Below the pieces are notes generated by a model that made no database searches, was not told the DNA's origin, and saw only the letters and a list, made by a program, of their open reading frames with translations. A stretch of DNA of 20,000 bases from the sequence record DRR723986_9346. One strand, 5' to 3'. Numbering within the stretch: position 1 is the stretch's first letter; every line of letters starts with the position of its first letter. The translations under genes were made by a program, and so were the position numbers. Positions 9,358 through 17,186 of the stretch are shown here, piece by piece.

Positions 9358-10725
9358 ATGAAAAATTTAAAATTCACAATTTTTAGCATTGCATTAGCAC
9401 TTTTAGTGTTTACGTCTTGTACTAACGACGAGCCAGCTGATGTTAATCAACCAAACACAGAAGAAAGCGAATCTATTACTACAGCATTAGACCAACTTAG
9501 CCGTCAGTTTGATATGAACGGAAATTTAAATGCAGATGACAACCCAGCAGGTAACGTAGTGTTTGATTTTTGCTTTGATTTTGTTTACCCATTAGATCTC
9601 TCTTACAATAATGGTACAACAGTAACAGTAAATGGATTAGAAGACCTAGTTCAGGTAATGTTGAGCTCTACTTCAGAATTATATGTAAATGGAATAGCTT
9701 TTCCGTTTGATGTTGAAGTTTATGACGAAGATGATAATGAAATTGAAATTGAAACTATAGAAGATGAAGAAGATTTTATAGATCTTTTAGAAGATTGTGA
9801 TTTTGATGATATTGACGATTGCGAATGTTTTGAGGTTTACGATCCTGTTTGTGTAGAAATTACAGATCCAAACGGAGTTACTTTTACAATTACTTATCCT
9901 AATGAATGTTTTGCAGAATGTGATGGTTTTGATGATGATGATTTTATAGAAGATTGTCAAGATGACTATAACCCAAATGGTTTTGATTGTTTTGAATTTA
10001 ATTTCCCAATTTCAGTTGTGACCGAAGATGGAGATGTAATAACAATAAATTCTGAAGAAGAATTAAACACAGCATTATATGATGTATATGTTTATGATTT
10101 CGTATATCCCTTCTCTGTAACAGTATTTGAGGATGAAGACGATGATAATGATGATGATGATGATGAAGAGGAAATTGTGGTGATAAACAGTGCAGAAGAC
10201 TTTGAGGAAATTTTAGAAGATTGCTATGATTACGATGATGATGATGAATACGAATGTGAAGAGTGTGAAGATGCACCAATCGATCCTGTTTGTATACAAT
10301 ATGAAGAAGATGGTCAAACTATTATTACAGTATTCCCTAACATGTGTTATGCAGAATGTGAAGGCTTTACCTTAAATAATGTGGTAGATTGTGAGAATAC
10401 GTCTGATTGCACAGAAGAAGACATAGCAGATTATTTAGTAGAATGTGAATGGTACTCTTCAACTAGTGTAGCACCTAATTTATTTGGAGAATTTGATTTT
10501 GAAGAAGATGGAACAGTGTCTGTTGAGACTGAAAACACTGTAATTACAGGTACATGGGAATTAGCCAGCAATACTGATACTGGAGAAGTATTTATGTTTT
10601 TACAACTACCAGATCCTTTTGGAGAAGTATCAAGTTTAGATTGGACAGTAACTGAATGTAGTGAATACTTCGTAGGATTAGAATCTAATAATGAGTTCTT
10701 AGGTTTTGAAAACTCATGTGATTAA
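9358..10725 (+). CDS. Highly acidic, Cys-rich lipoprotein with two Kazal-like modules
   Basis: Lipoprotein signal 'MKNLKFTIFSIALALLVFTSC'; motifs 'CECFEVYDPVC...TYPNECFAEC' and 'CEECEDAPIDPVC...VFPNMCYAEC'; recurring 'CF.F.YP/FP.......G...T.N..E.L' units. Confidence 0.85.
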   Translation: MKNLKFTIFSIALALLVFTSCTNDEPADVNQPNTEESESITTALDQLSRQFDMNGNLNADDNPAGNVVFDFCFDFVYPLDLSYNNGTTVTVNGLEDLVQVMLSSTSELYVNGIAFPFDVEVYDEDDNEIEIETIEDEEDFIDLLEDCDFDDIDDCECFEVYDPVCVEITDPNGVTFTITYPNECFAECDGFDDDDFIEDCQDDYNPNGFDCFEFNFPISVVTEDGDVITINSEEELNTALYDVYVYDFVYPFSVTVFEDEDDDNDDDDDEEEIVVINSAEDFEEILEDCYDYDDDDEYECEECEDAPIDPVCIQYEEDGQTIITVFPNMCYAECEGFTLNNVVDCENTSDCTEEDIADYLVECEWYSSTSVAPNLFGEFDFEEDGTVSVETENTVITGTWELASNTDTGEVFMFLQLPDPFGEVSSLDWTVTECSEYFVGLESNNEFLGFENSCD

Positions 10726-10751
10726 GATTGATTAATACACTTATATTGATT

Positions 10752-10777
10752 TTAAATTAGTTAGCTAACTAATTTAA
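10752..10777. repeat. Perfect 26-bp palindrome
   Basis: TTAAATTAGTTAG|CTAACTAATTTAA, no spacer. Confidence 0.9.
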
Positions 10778-10778
10778 C

Positions 10779-10814
10779 AAAGCCTTCAGCGTTAGGGTCT
10801 GAAGGCTTTTTTTT
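10779..10814 (+). terminator. Rho-independent terminator of the lipoprotein gene
   Basis: AAAGCCTTCAG-cgttagggt-CTGAAGGCTTT followed by further Ts. Confidence 0.88.
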
Positions 10815-10824
10815 ACGTAACACT

Positions 10825-10870
10825 ATAGGTGTTTTCAATTGTTTTTCATAGTTTTATAGTCTAAACTTAT
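10825..10870. promoter_or_regulatory. Putative OxyR operator
   Basis: ATAG-N7-CAAT (10825-10839), ATAG (10848), ATAG-N7-TTAT (10856-10870), immediately upstream of oxyR. Confidence 0.6.
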
Positions 10871-10874
10871 ACAG

Positions 10875-11813
10875 ATGACTATAACACAACTTAAATATGC
10901 ATTGGCCATTGCAGAACATAAAAACTTTACAAAAGCTGCTGAAAAGTGTTTTGTTACTCAGCCAACGCTAAGTACTCAAATACAAAAGTTAGAAGACGAG
11001 TTAGATATCACCATTTTTGATAGAGGTAAAAAACCTATTGAACTAACTGAGGTTGGTCGCAAAATTGTAATTCAAGCGCGAAATATTGTTAATGAAGCAG
11101 ATCGTATACAAGACATTGTAGACCAGCAAAAAGGATTTATTGGTGGAGAGTTTAGATTAGGTATTATTCCAACTATAATGCCTACCCTTTTACCGATGTT
11201 CTTAAAAACTTTTATTAAAAAATTTCCAAAAGTTAAATTAAAAATCGAAGAACACACTACTGAAGAAATCGTTTCACTTATTAACGATGGTCATTTAGAT
11301 GCTGCGATAGCAGCTACGCCACTAGAAAATGAAAACGTTAAAGAACGCGTTTTATATTACGAACCATTTGTAGCATATGTTCCTAATAATCACAGACTAA
11401 AAGATAAAAAAACAATAGAAGTCGCTGATTTAGATGTAGATGATATGTTATTACTAGAAGATGGCCATTGTTTTAGAGATGGAGTGATTAACCTTTGTAA
11501 AACGTTTAAGGACCAAATTGATGAAAATTTTCAATTAGAAAGTGGCAGTATTGAAACACTCATAAAACTATCTGATGAAGGTATGGGAATGACACTTTTA
11601 CCATACTTACATACCTTAGATGTACAAGAAAAACTAAGTTCTAATCTTATTCATTTTAAAGAACCTTCACCTGCACGAGAGGTAAGTATCATTTACCACA
11701 AAAGTGAACTCAAAATGCAGATTATAGATGCTATGCACAATGTTATTTCTGGTATAATTCGTGGTGCTATTGCTTTTCAGAATGTAGAAATTATAAGTCC
11801 AATACCGAAATAA
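10875..11813 (+). CDS. oxyR: Hydrogen peroxide-sensing LysR regulator OxyR
   Basis: LysR HTH 'FTKAAEKCFVTQPTLSTQIQKLEDEL'; redox motif 'LLLEDGHCFRDGVINLC' (C-x8-C); 'GSIETLIKL...GMGMTLLP'. Confidence 0.92.
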   Translation: MTITQLKYALAIAEHKNFTKAAEKCFVTQPTLSTQIQKLEDELDITIFDRGKKPIELTEVGRKIVIQARNIVNEADRIQDIVDQQKGFIGGEFRLGIIPTIMPTLLPMFLKTFIKKFPKVKLKIEEHTTEEIVSLINDGHLDAAIAATPLENENVKERVLYYEPFVAYVPNNHRLKDKKTIEVADLDVDDMLLLEDGHCFRDGVINLCKTFKDQIDENFQLESGSIETLIKLSDEGMGMTLLPYLHTLDVQEKLSSNLIHFKEPSPAREVSIIYHKSELKMQIIDAMHNVISGIIRGAIAFQNVEIISPIPK

Positions 11814-11840
11814 AAAAAGCGACTCGTAAGTCGCTTTTTT
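11813..11840. terminator. Bidirectional terminator
   Basis: AAAAAAGCGACT-cgta-AGTCGCTTTTTT between convergent genes. Confidence 0.9.
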
Positions 11841-12038
11841 CTATGCTTTTAAATAAATTAAACATTGATTTAATTCTGGGTTTTGATTGATTAGGGACTG
11901 AATAAAAATTCTTAATTCCTCCAGTTCGTGAGGCAGTAAACGCTTTACTGCTTTTTGCACTTCTTTACAGAATAATGTCACATCAAAACTAACTTTGCTA
12001 AGTACCGTTTTAGTGTACTCATACATTGCTCTCGCCAT
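11841..12038 (-). CDS. Small hypothetical helical protein (65 aa)
   Basis: Fills the intergenic space, A-rich initiation context, stop abuts the terminator; 'YTK.VL.KVSFD..LF.KE..KA...LLP.E..EL' resembles a small protein family I recall from Bacteroidota (not verified). Confidence 0.75.
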   Translation of the reverse strand: MARAMYEYTKTVLSKVSFDVTLFCKEVQKAVKRLLPHELEELRIFIQSLINQNPELNQCLIYLKA

Positions 12039-12173
12039 AGTTCATTTTAGGTTTTTAAGATTAACGAAAACGTAGATTTTTTTATAGGCTGTTATTTTAA
12101 TTCATTCCTAAGATAGAAAAAAAATTATTCAAACTTTAAAAATGAAAAAAGTTTAACAGCTTGTTATGTTAAA

Positions 12174-13001
12174 TTAAAACCGATTATCACCATCTAATAA
12201 ATCACCTAACCCACCAAGAATACTACCTTCTCCTTTAGAGCTCCCACCAGATCTTGGCGCTGATGCCAATACACGACCAGCCAATCTACTAAATGGTAAA
12301 GATTGTATATATACTTTTCCTGGTCCTTGTAACCTCGCAAAAAATAGACCTTCACCACCAAAAATGGAGTTTTTAATTCCTCCTACAAATTCTATGTCGT
12401 AATCTACACCTTGTGTAAAGCCAACTAGGCAACCTGTATCTACTCTTAGTGTTTCGCCAGCTTCCAATGTTTTTTCTGCCATAGTACCACCTGCGTGCAC
12501 AAAGGCCATTCCATCACCTTCTAGTTTTTGCATAATGAAACCTTCACCACCAAATAAACCTCTACCTAATTTTTTAGAAAACTCAATGCCTACACTAACA
12601 CCTTTAGCAGCACACAGGAAAGCATCTTTTTGACAAATAAACTTACCTTTAAATTCATTTAAATCAATTGGTATAATTTTTCCTGGATAAGGCGATGCAA
12701 ATGATACATTACGTTTACCTGTTAAGTCATTATAAAATGCTGTCATAAACAAACTCTCACCGGTTAAAATACGCTTACCTGCACCTAATATTTTACCTAA
12801 AAAACCTTTATCCTTTTTAGAACCATCTCCAAAAATGGTATCCATTTTAATACCATCATCCATCATCATAAAACTACCAGATTCTGCAATTACTGCCTCA
12901 TCAGGGTCAAGTTCTATTTCTACATATTGCATTTCTTCACCATAAATGCGGTAATCTATTTCGTGCGCGTTTCTATCGCTATAATCTGGTAATCTTTCCA
13001 T
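12174..13001 (-). CDS. TIGR00266 / AIM24 family protein
   Basis: '[29 protein letters not shown]', '[12 protein letters not shown]', '[11 protein letters not shown]', '[17 protein letters not shown]', '[16 protein letters not shown]'. Confidence 0.92.
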   Translation of the reverse strand: MERLPDYSDRNAHEIDYRIYGEEMQYVEIELDPDEAVIAESGSFMMMDDGIKMDTIFGDGSKKDKGFLGKILGAGKRILTGESLFMTAFYNDLTGKRNVSFASPYPGKIIPIDLNEFKGKFICQKDAFLCAAKGVSVGIEFSKKLGRGLFGGEGFIMQKLEGDGMAFVHAGGTMAEKTLEAGETLRVDTGCLVGFTQGVDYDIEFVGGIKNSIFGGEGLFFARLQGPGKVYIQSLPFSRLAGRVLASAPRSGGSSKGEGSILGGLGDLLDGDNRF

Positions 13002-13032
13002 GTTTTATCGTTTTAAGTTGATTCGGTTATAT

Positions 13033-13058
13033 GTTGTATGATAAACTGTTTTGTTACA
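13033..13058 (-). promoter_or_regulatory. Candidate ECF-type promoter for the TIGR00266 gene
   Basis: Minus strand TGTAAC-N16-CAAC, ending about 31 bp upstream of the start codon. Confidence 0.4.
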
Positions 13059-13109
13059 GCAATTATATAATAATCCTTTCAAGCTATTTGATTCGCAATA
13101 GTACTGAAT

Positions 13110-13574
13110 CTAAGATTTTACTTTTAAAGTCCATTGAAAATTAAATGAGGATACTTCTACTCCATTTTCATTAACACCATTAGCATTTAACCAAACAGTT
13201 TGTCCCTCGCCCGTTTCAATTGTTTTTGATATAGCATTGTCTATTTTGTTTCCTTCTTCGCAAGTAAAGGTTATTCTACCTGTTGCTTTTTTAGTAAATG
13301 AAGCATTATTATTAGCAACCAACATTGAAATATTTCTACCACTTTCTTTAATCTTTTTCATAACTAAAGCACCTGTTGTTAATTCTGCAGCCATACCTTG
13401 TACTGCCCAAAACATAGACTTAAATGGATTTTGATTTATCCAACGGTGTTTAACAGACACAACACAAGTTGTATCACTTAACTCCTTAGTTCTTACACCA
13501 GTAAAATATGCTGCAGGTAGCTTAAACATTAAGAATGTATTGAGCTTAGATGGTGAAATATTCATAAACCGCAT
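13110..13574 (-). CDS. DUF4442 / hotdog-fold thioesterase-like protein
   Basis: 'FKLPAAYFTGVR...VKHRWINQNPFKSMFWAVQGMAAELTTG...F.KKATGRITFTC'. Start may be the ATG at 13565. Confidence 0.85.
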   Translation of the reverse strand: MRFMNISPSKLNTFLMFKLPAAYFTGVRTKELSDTTCVVSVKHRWINQNPFKSMFWAVQGMAAELTTGALVMKKIKESGRNISMLVANNNASFTKKATGRITFTCEEGNKIDNAISKTIETGEGQTVWLNANGVNENGVEVSSFNFQWTLKVKS

Positions 13575-13641
13575 TTAAAATTTTCACTAAAATAAATGAA
13601 ATTATCAAGCTCTACTAATGTTAATAAAATGTTAATTTTTA

Positions 13642-13662
13642 GTACTATGCATAACATAATAC
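13642..13662. promoter_or_regulatory. Putative PadR operator
   Basis: Imperfect inverted repeat GTACTATG-N5-CATAATAC (7/8), 13 bp upstream of the -7 element of the padR-containing operon. Confidence 0.5.
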
Positions 13663-13675
13663 CTTTTAAAAGACA

Positions 13676-13683
13676 TATATTTG
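13676..13683 (+). promoter_or_regulatory. Bacteroidota -7 promoter element
   Basis: TATATTTG matches TAnnTTTG, 28 bp before the ATG at 13712. Confidence 0.6.
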
Positions 13684-13711
13684 TATAAGCAACTATTATA
13701 TACTTTTAAAA

Positions 13712-14158
13712 ATGTTAGATAATCACCAAAAAAATATAGCAACATTTATACATCTCTCTACCTTTTCAAGATTTATAATACCATTCGGAAATTTTATCGG
13801 TCCTATAATTCTTTGGGCTGCTAATAAAGACAAATCTGAGTTTGTAGATCAACACGGTAAACAAGCCATTAATTTTCAAATTAGTATTCTACTGTATGCC
13901 ATAATTATAGGAACTATAAGTGTACCGTTTTTTATTTTCAAATTATTTAATGGTATGGATGTTATAGATTTTCGTGGATTTCATGATTTTCATATCAATG
14001 TAGGAGAACCTTCTCCTCTACTTTATATAGGAGGCGGACTTGGTGCACTAGCAATACTTGGATTCATTATTGAACTAGCACTCATAGTCAGAGCAAGCCT
14101 TTCAGCCAGAGATGGAAATATTTATCGATATCCATTAACAATCAATTTTTTAAAATAA
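13712..14158 (+). CDS. DUF4870 membrane protein
   Basis: 'HLS......IPFGNFIGPIILW...KDKSEFVDQHGKQAINFQIS' and C-terminal 'A..G..YRYPLTI.F'. Confidence 0.9.
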   Translation: MLDNHQKNIATFIHLSTFSRFIIPFGNFIGPIILWAANKDKSEFVDQHGKQAINFQISILLYAIIIGTISVPFFIFKLFNGMDVIDFRGFHDFHINVGEPSPLLYIGGGLGALAILGFIIELALIVRASLSARDGNIYRYPLTINFLK

Positions 14159-14219
14159 CGCATTCATCAATAATCAATCAAAAAATGAACAGTTTAATAA
14201 AATTAAAGACACTACTAAT

Positions 14220-14561
14220 ATGAAGATCGAAAACACAAAAGCACAAATGCGTAAAGGTGTTCTGGAATATTGCATCTTATCCATCTTAAAAGATGAAGAT
14301 GCCTATGTTGCGGAGATTCTAAGCACACTAAAAGACGCAAAAATGCTTGTTGTAGAAGGAACAATATATCCACTATTAACAAGATTGAAAAATGCTGGGT
14401 TACTCAATTATCGTTGGGAAGAATCCACATCAGGACCACCAAGAAAATATTATGGTCTTACAGAAACTGGTAAATTGTTTCTGAACGAATTAAACACCAC
14501 TTGGAGTGAATTACAAAATGCAGTTAACCTAGTAACAAGTACAAAAACAACAAAAAAATGA
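14220..14561 (+). CDS. PadR-family transcriptional regulator
   Basis: 'QMRKGVLEYCIL', 'EGTIYPLLTRL...GLL.YRWEES.SGPPRKYY.LTE.G'. Confidence 0.95.
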   Translation: MKIENTKAQMRKGVLEYCILSILKDEDAYVAEILSTLKDAKMLVVEGTIYPLLTRLKNAGLLNYRWEESTSGPPRKYYGLTETGKLFLNELNTTWSELQNAVNLVTSTKTTKK

Positions 14562-16384
14562 ATAAAACAGTCAATATAAATTTAGCAGGTGTATTTTTTC
14601 ACATAGATGAAGATGCATATCTTAAATTATCACGCTATCTTGAGGCTATAAAACGTTCATTTACAGACTCTCAAGGACGTTCAGAAATTATTGCAGATAT
14701 AGAAGCACGTATCGCTGAACTATTTTCTGAACGCATTCAAAATGAAAAGCAAGTTGTCGGAATTAAACTTGTCGATGAGGTCATTACCATAATGGGACAA
14801 CCAGAAGACTATTTAGTTGACGATGAAATCTTTGAAGACGAGCCACAACCTAAAAAGAGACAAAGCTCTAGGCCAACAAAAAAACTATTTAGAGATACAG
14901 ACAATTCTTATATAGGTGGAGTATCTGCAGGTTTAGGTCATTATTTAGGCATTGATGTCTTATGGGTAAGATTATTATGGATCTTACTAGCTATTGGTTC
15001 TGGAGGAACATTTATATTTATATATCTTATTTTTTGGGCTTTAGTACCTGAGGCACAGACCACAGCGGAAAAGCTAACAATGACTGGTGAACCTGTGAAC
15101 ATCAGTAACATTGAAAAAAAAATTAAAGATGGCATTGATACAGTTTCAGAAAAGGTAAAAAATGTAGATTTTAAAAAGCAGGGTGACAAATTGATGGAAG
15201 AAATTGATAATGTCACTGAAAATATTTCAGAAACTGTAAAAAGTGTTGATTTTCAGAAACAGGGAAACAAGCTAAAATCGAGCTCTCAAAACTTTTTTGA
15301 CACCTTGGGTACTATACTCATGTTCTTTCTTAAAGTTATTGCCAAGTTTATTGGAGTGATACTAATTATTGTAGGTATTAGTACACTTATTGCACTTATT
15401 GTAGCCTTTTTTACAGTTGGTGTAACAGATGCCGTACATTTTCCTCCTATGAATTTTATAGACGCAGCTAATGCTGCAAATATTCCCATTTGGTTAATGT
15501 CTCTATTGTTATTTTTTGCAATTGGAATTCCGTTTTTCTTTGTTTTCTACTTAGGACTAAAAATTCTAGTAAACAATTTAAAATCTATAGGAAATGTAGC
15601 AAAATTCACCTTATTAGGACTATGGATTATGGCTATTATAGGACTTATTATTACTGGCGTAAAACAAGAGACAGAGCACGCCTTTGAAGCAAAATACACG
15701 GCTAAAGAACAGCTTAATATTTCTGCTAATGATACTATAAAGGTAAAAATGGCCGGTAGAGAAGGTTATTATGACTATTACTACAGAGGCAATAATTTAA
15801 AACTAATAGAAGATGATAATGGACGAAGTATAATTTCTTCTGATGTTAGATTAGTCGTAAGATCCACAAAGGACTCCTTAGCATCAATAGTAATTGAAAA
15901 AGAAGCCACCGGAAGTAGTTATGATGTAGCTCGAGAACGAGCAGAAAACATCAACTACAACTACGCGTTAGCCAATGGTGAATTGCAACTAAATTCTTTT
16001 CTAACAACTAGTACAGACAATAAATTTAGTGAACAAGAAGTGTTGGTGATACTTTACTTACCAGAAGGAACGACACTTTATGCAGATGACAATACGTATA
16101 GTTTCCACAGAAATTCTAGTTATTATAATGACATTTTAGATAATGGCATGGAAGAACACTATCTTAAAATTGTTGAAGACGACACTATTTGTCTAGATTG
16201 TGAAATTGAAGAAGAAGAAAAAGAGGAAGAGGGCGATGGAGAAGTCGAAGAAGAATTAACTGAAGCAAGTAATGAAATTATCGAAACTATAACAACTAAA
16301 AAATCGTCTGATGACAACAAGCCAGAAGTAAGTATTCAAATTAATAACGAAGAAGGTGTTAATATAGAAGTAAATGACAATTGA
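14558..16384 (+). CDS. PspC domain-containing membrane protein (N-terminal helical HAAS-like domain, PspC, TM helices, periplasmic domain, acidic tail)
   Basis: 'MNKTVNINLAG..FHIDEDAY..L..YL...EIIADIEARIAELF'; PspC 'KKLFRD......GGVSAGLGHYLGID..WVRL...YLIFWALVPEA'; ATGA start within the padR 3' end. Confidence 0.9.
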   Translation: MNKTVNINLAGVFFHIDEDAYLKLSRYLEAIKRSFTDSQGRSEIIADIEARIAELFSERIQNEKQVVGIKLVDEVITIMGQPEDYLVDDEIFEDEPQPKKRQSSRPTKKLFRDTDNSYIGGVSAGLGHYLGIDVLWVRLLWILLAIGSGGTFIFIYLIFWALVPEAQTTAEKLTMTGEPVNISNIEKKIKDGIDTVSEKVKNVDFKKQGDKLMEEIDNVTENISETVKSVDFQKQGNKLKSSSQNFFDTLGTILMFFLKVIAKFIGVILIIVGISTLIALIVAFFTVGVTDAVHFPPMNFIDAANAANIPIWLMSLLLFFAIGIPFFFVFYLGLKILVNNLKSIGNVAKFTLLGLWIMAIIGLIITGVKQETEHAFEAKYTAKEQLNISANDTIKVKMAGREGYYDYYYRGNNLKLIEDDNGRSIISSDVRLVVRSTKDSLASIVIEKEATGSSYDVARERAENINYNYALANGELQLNSFLTTSTDNKFSEQEVLVILYLPEGTTLYADDNTYSFHRNSSYYNDILDNGMEEHYLKIVEDDTICLDCEIEEEEKEEEGDGEVEEELTEASNEIIETITTKKSSDDNKPEVSIQINNEEGVNIEVNDN

Positions 16385-16397
16385 GAATACAAATTTG

Positions 16398-16447
16398 ACA
16401 GTTCATCAAATTATAATTTAAAATTGGTTAGATAACTAAGAGATTTG
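16398..16447 (+). promoter_or_regulatory. Candidate LytTR-type repeats plus degenerate -7 element upstream of the first GIN gene
   Basis: ACAGTTCAT (16398), AAAATTGGT (16420), GAGATTTG (16440-16447); resembles 4782-4852. Confidence 0.35.
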
Positions 16448-16490
16448 TACTAAGAAATTATCAATCAAATAAAATCAAAAACAAACAATC

Positions 16491-17186
16491 ATGAGTACAT
16501 TAATAAGAATAATAGTAAGCACCATCATAGGAATACTTATGATGTCCTGCAATTTCTCTATGAATTTAATGGATGGTATCGATGGAAATGGCAATGTAAC
16601 CAACACAGAACGTAACATTTCCAGTGATTTTGAATCTATTAAAGTAAGTCAAGGGCTAGAACTTTACATTACGCAATCTAGTGATGTGTCATTAAATATT
16701 GAAGCAGACGAAAATTTACACGAACTAATAATGACTGAGGTAGAGAATAACGTACTTCGTATTTATACCACAAAAAATATTAGACGTGCAAATTCTAGAA
16801 AAATTAATCTTACAATCGAAGATATAAATGCCATTAAAGCTACAAGCGGTAGTGAAGTCGTCTCAACTAATACAATTAAAGTGGATGAATTAGAATTAAA
16901 TAGTACCAGTGGTGCAGAAATTAAATTAGACGTTACTGCAGAATCTGTTAACAGTCGTTCTACGAATGGTAGTGAAATAAAACTTAGTGGAACTACAAAT
17001 TTACTAATAGCTGAAGCTACTAGTGGTAGTGATATTGAAGCCTCTCAATTAAGAGCCCGAACCTCTAAAGTAAAAGCTACAAGTGGCGCAGATATATCGG
17101 TAAACACTTCAAAAGAACTTACTGCTAGGGCAACTAGTGGTGGTGACGTAAGATATTCTGGAAATCCGCAGTCTGTCAATAAATGA
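16491..17186 (+). CDS. GIN/DUF2807 beta-solenoid lipoprotein, possibly truncated by a premature TGA (natural end 17219)
   Basis: Lipobox 'LMMSC', 'GIDGNGNV....R....F..IKVSQG', 'IEADENLHELI.TEV', repeated 'ATSGS.I' units, 'YSGNP'; the repeat pattern continues in frame after the stop (DSSSGSVRQQ*). Confidence 0.88.
   Translation: MSTLIRIIVSTIIGILMMSCNFSMNLMDGIDGNGNVTNTERNISSDFESIKVSQGLELYITQSSDVSLNIEADENLHELIMTEVENNVLRIYTTKNIRRANSRKINLTIEDINAIKATSGSEVVSTNTIKVDELELNSTSGAEIKLDVTAESVNSRSTNGSEIKLSGTTNLLIAEATSGSDIEASQLRARTSKVKATSGADISVNTSKELTARATSGGDVRYSGNPQSVNK

Noticed and set aside
9998-10279. His-rich antisense ORF (93 aa)
   Set aside because: It is the reverse complement of the GAT/GATGA Asp codons of the lipoprotein; shadow ORF.
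17184-17186. Selenocysteine or genome-wide TGA recoding
   Set aside because: No catalytic Cys context or evident SECIS, and TGA serves as a plausible normal stop for the pspC gene (16382-16384).
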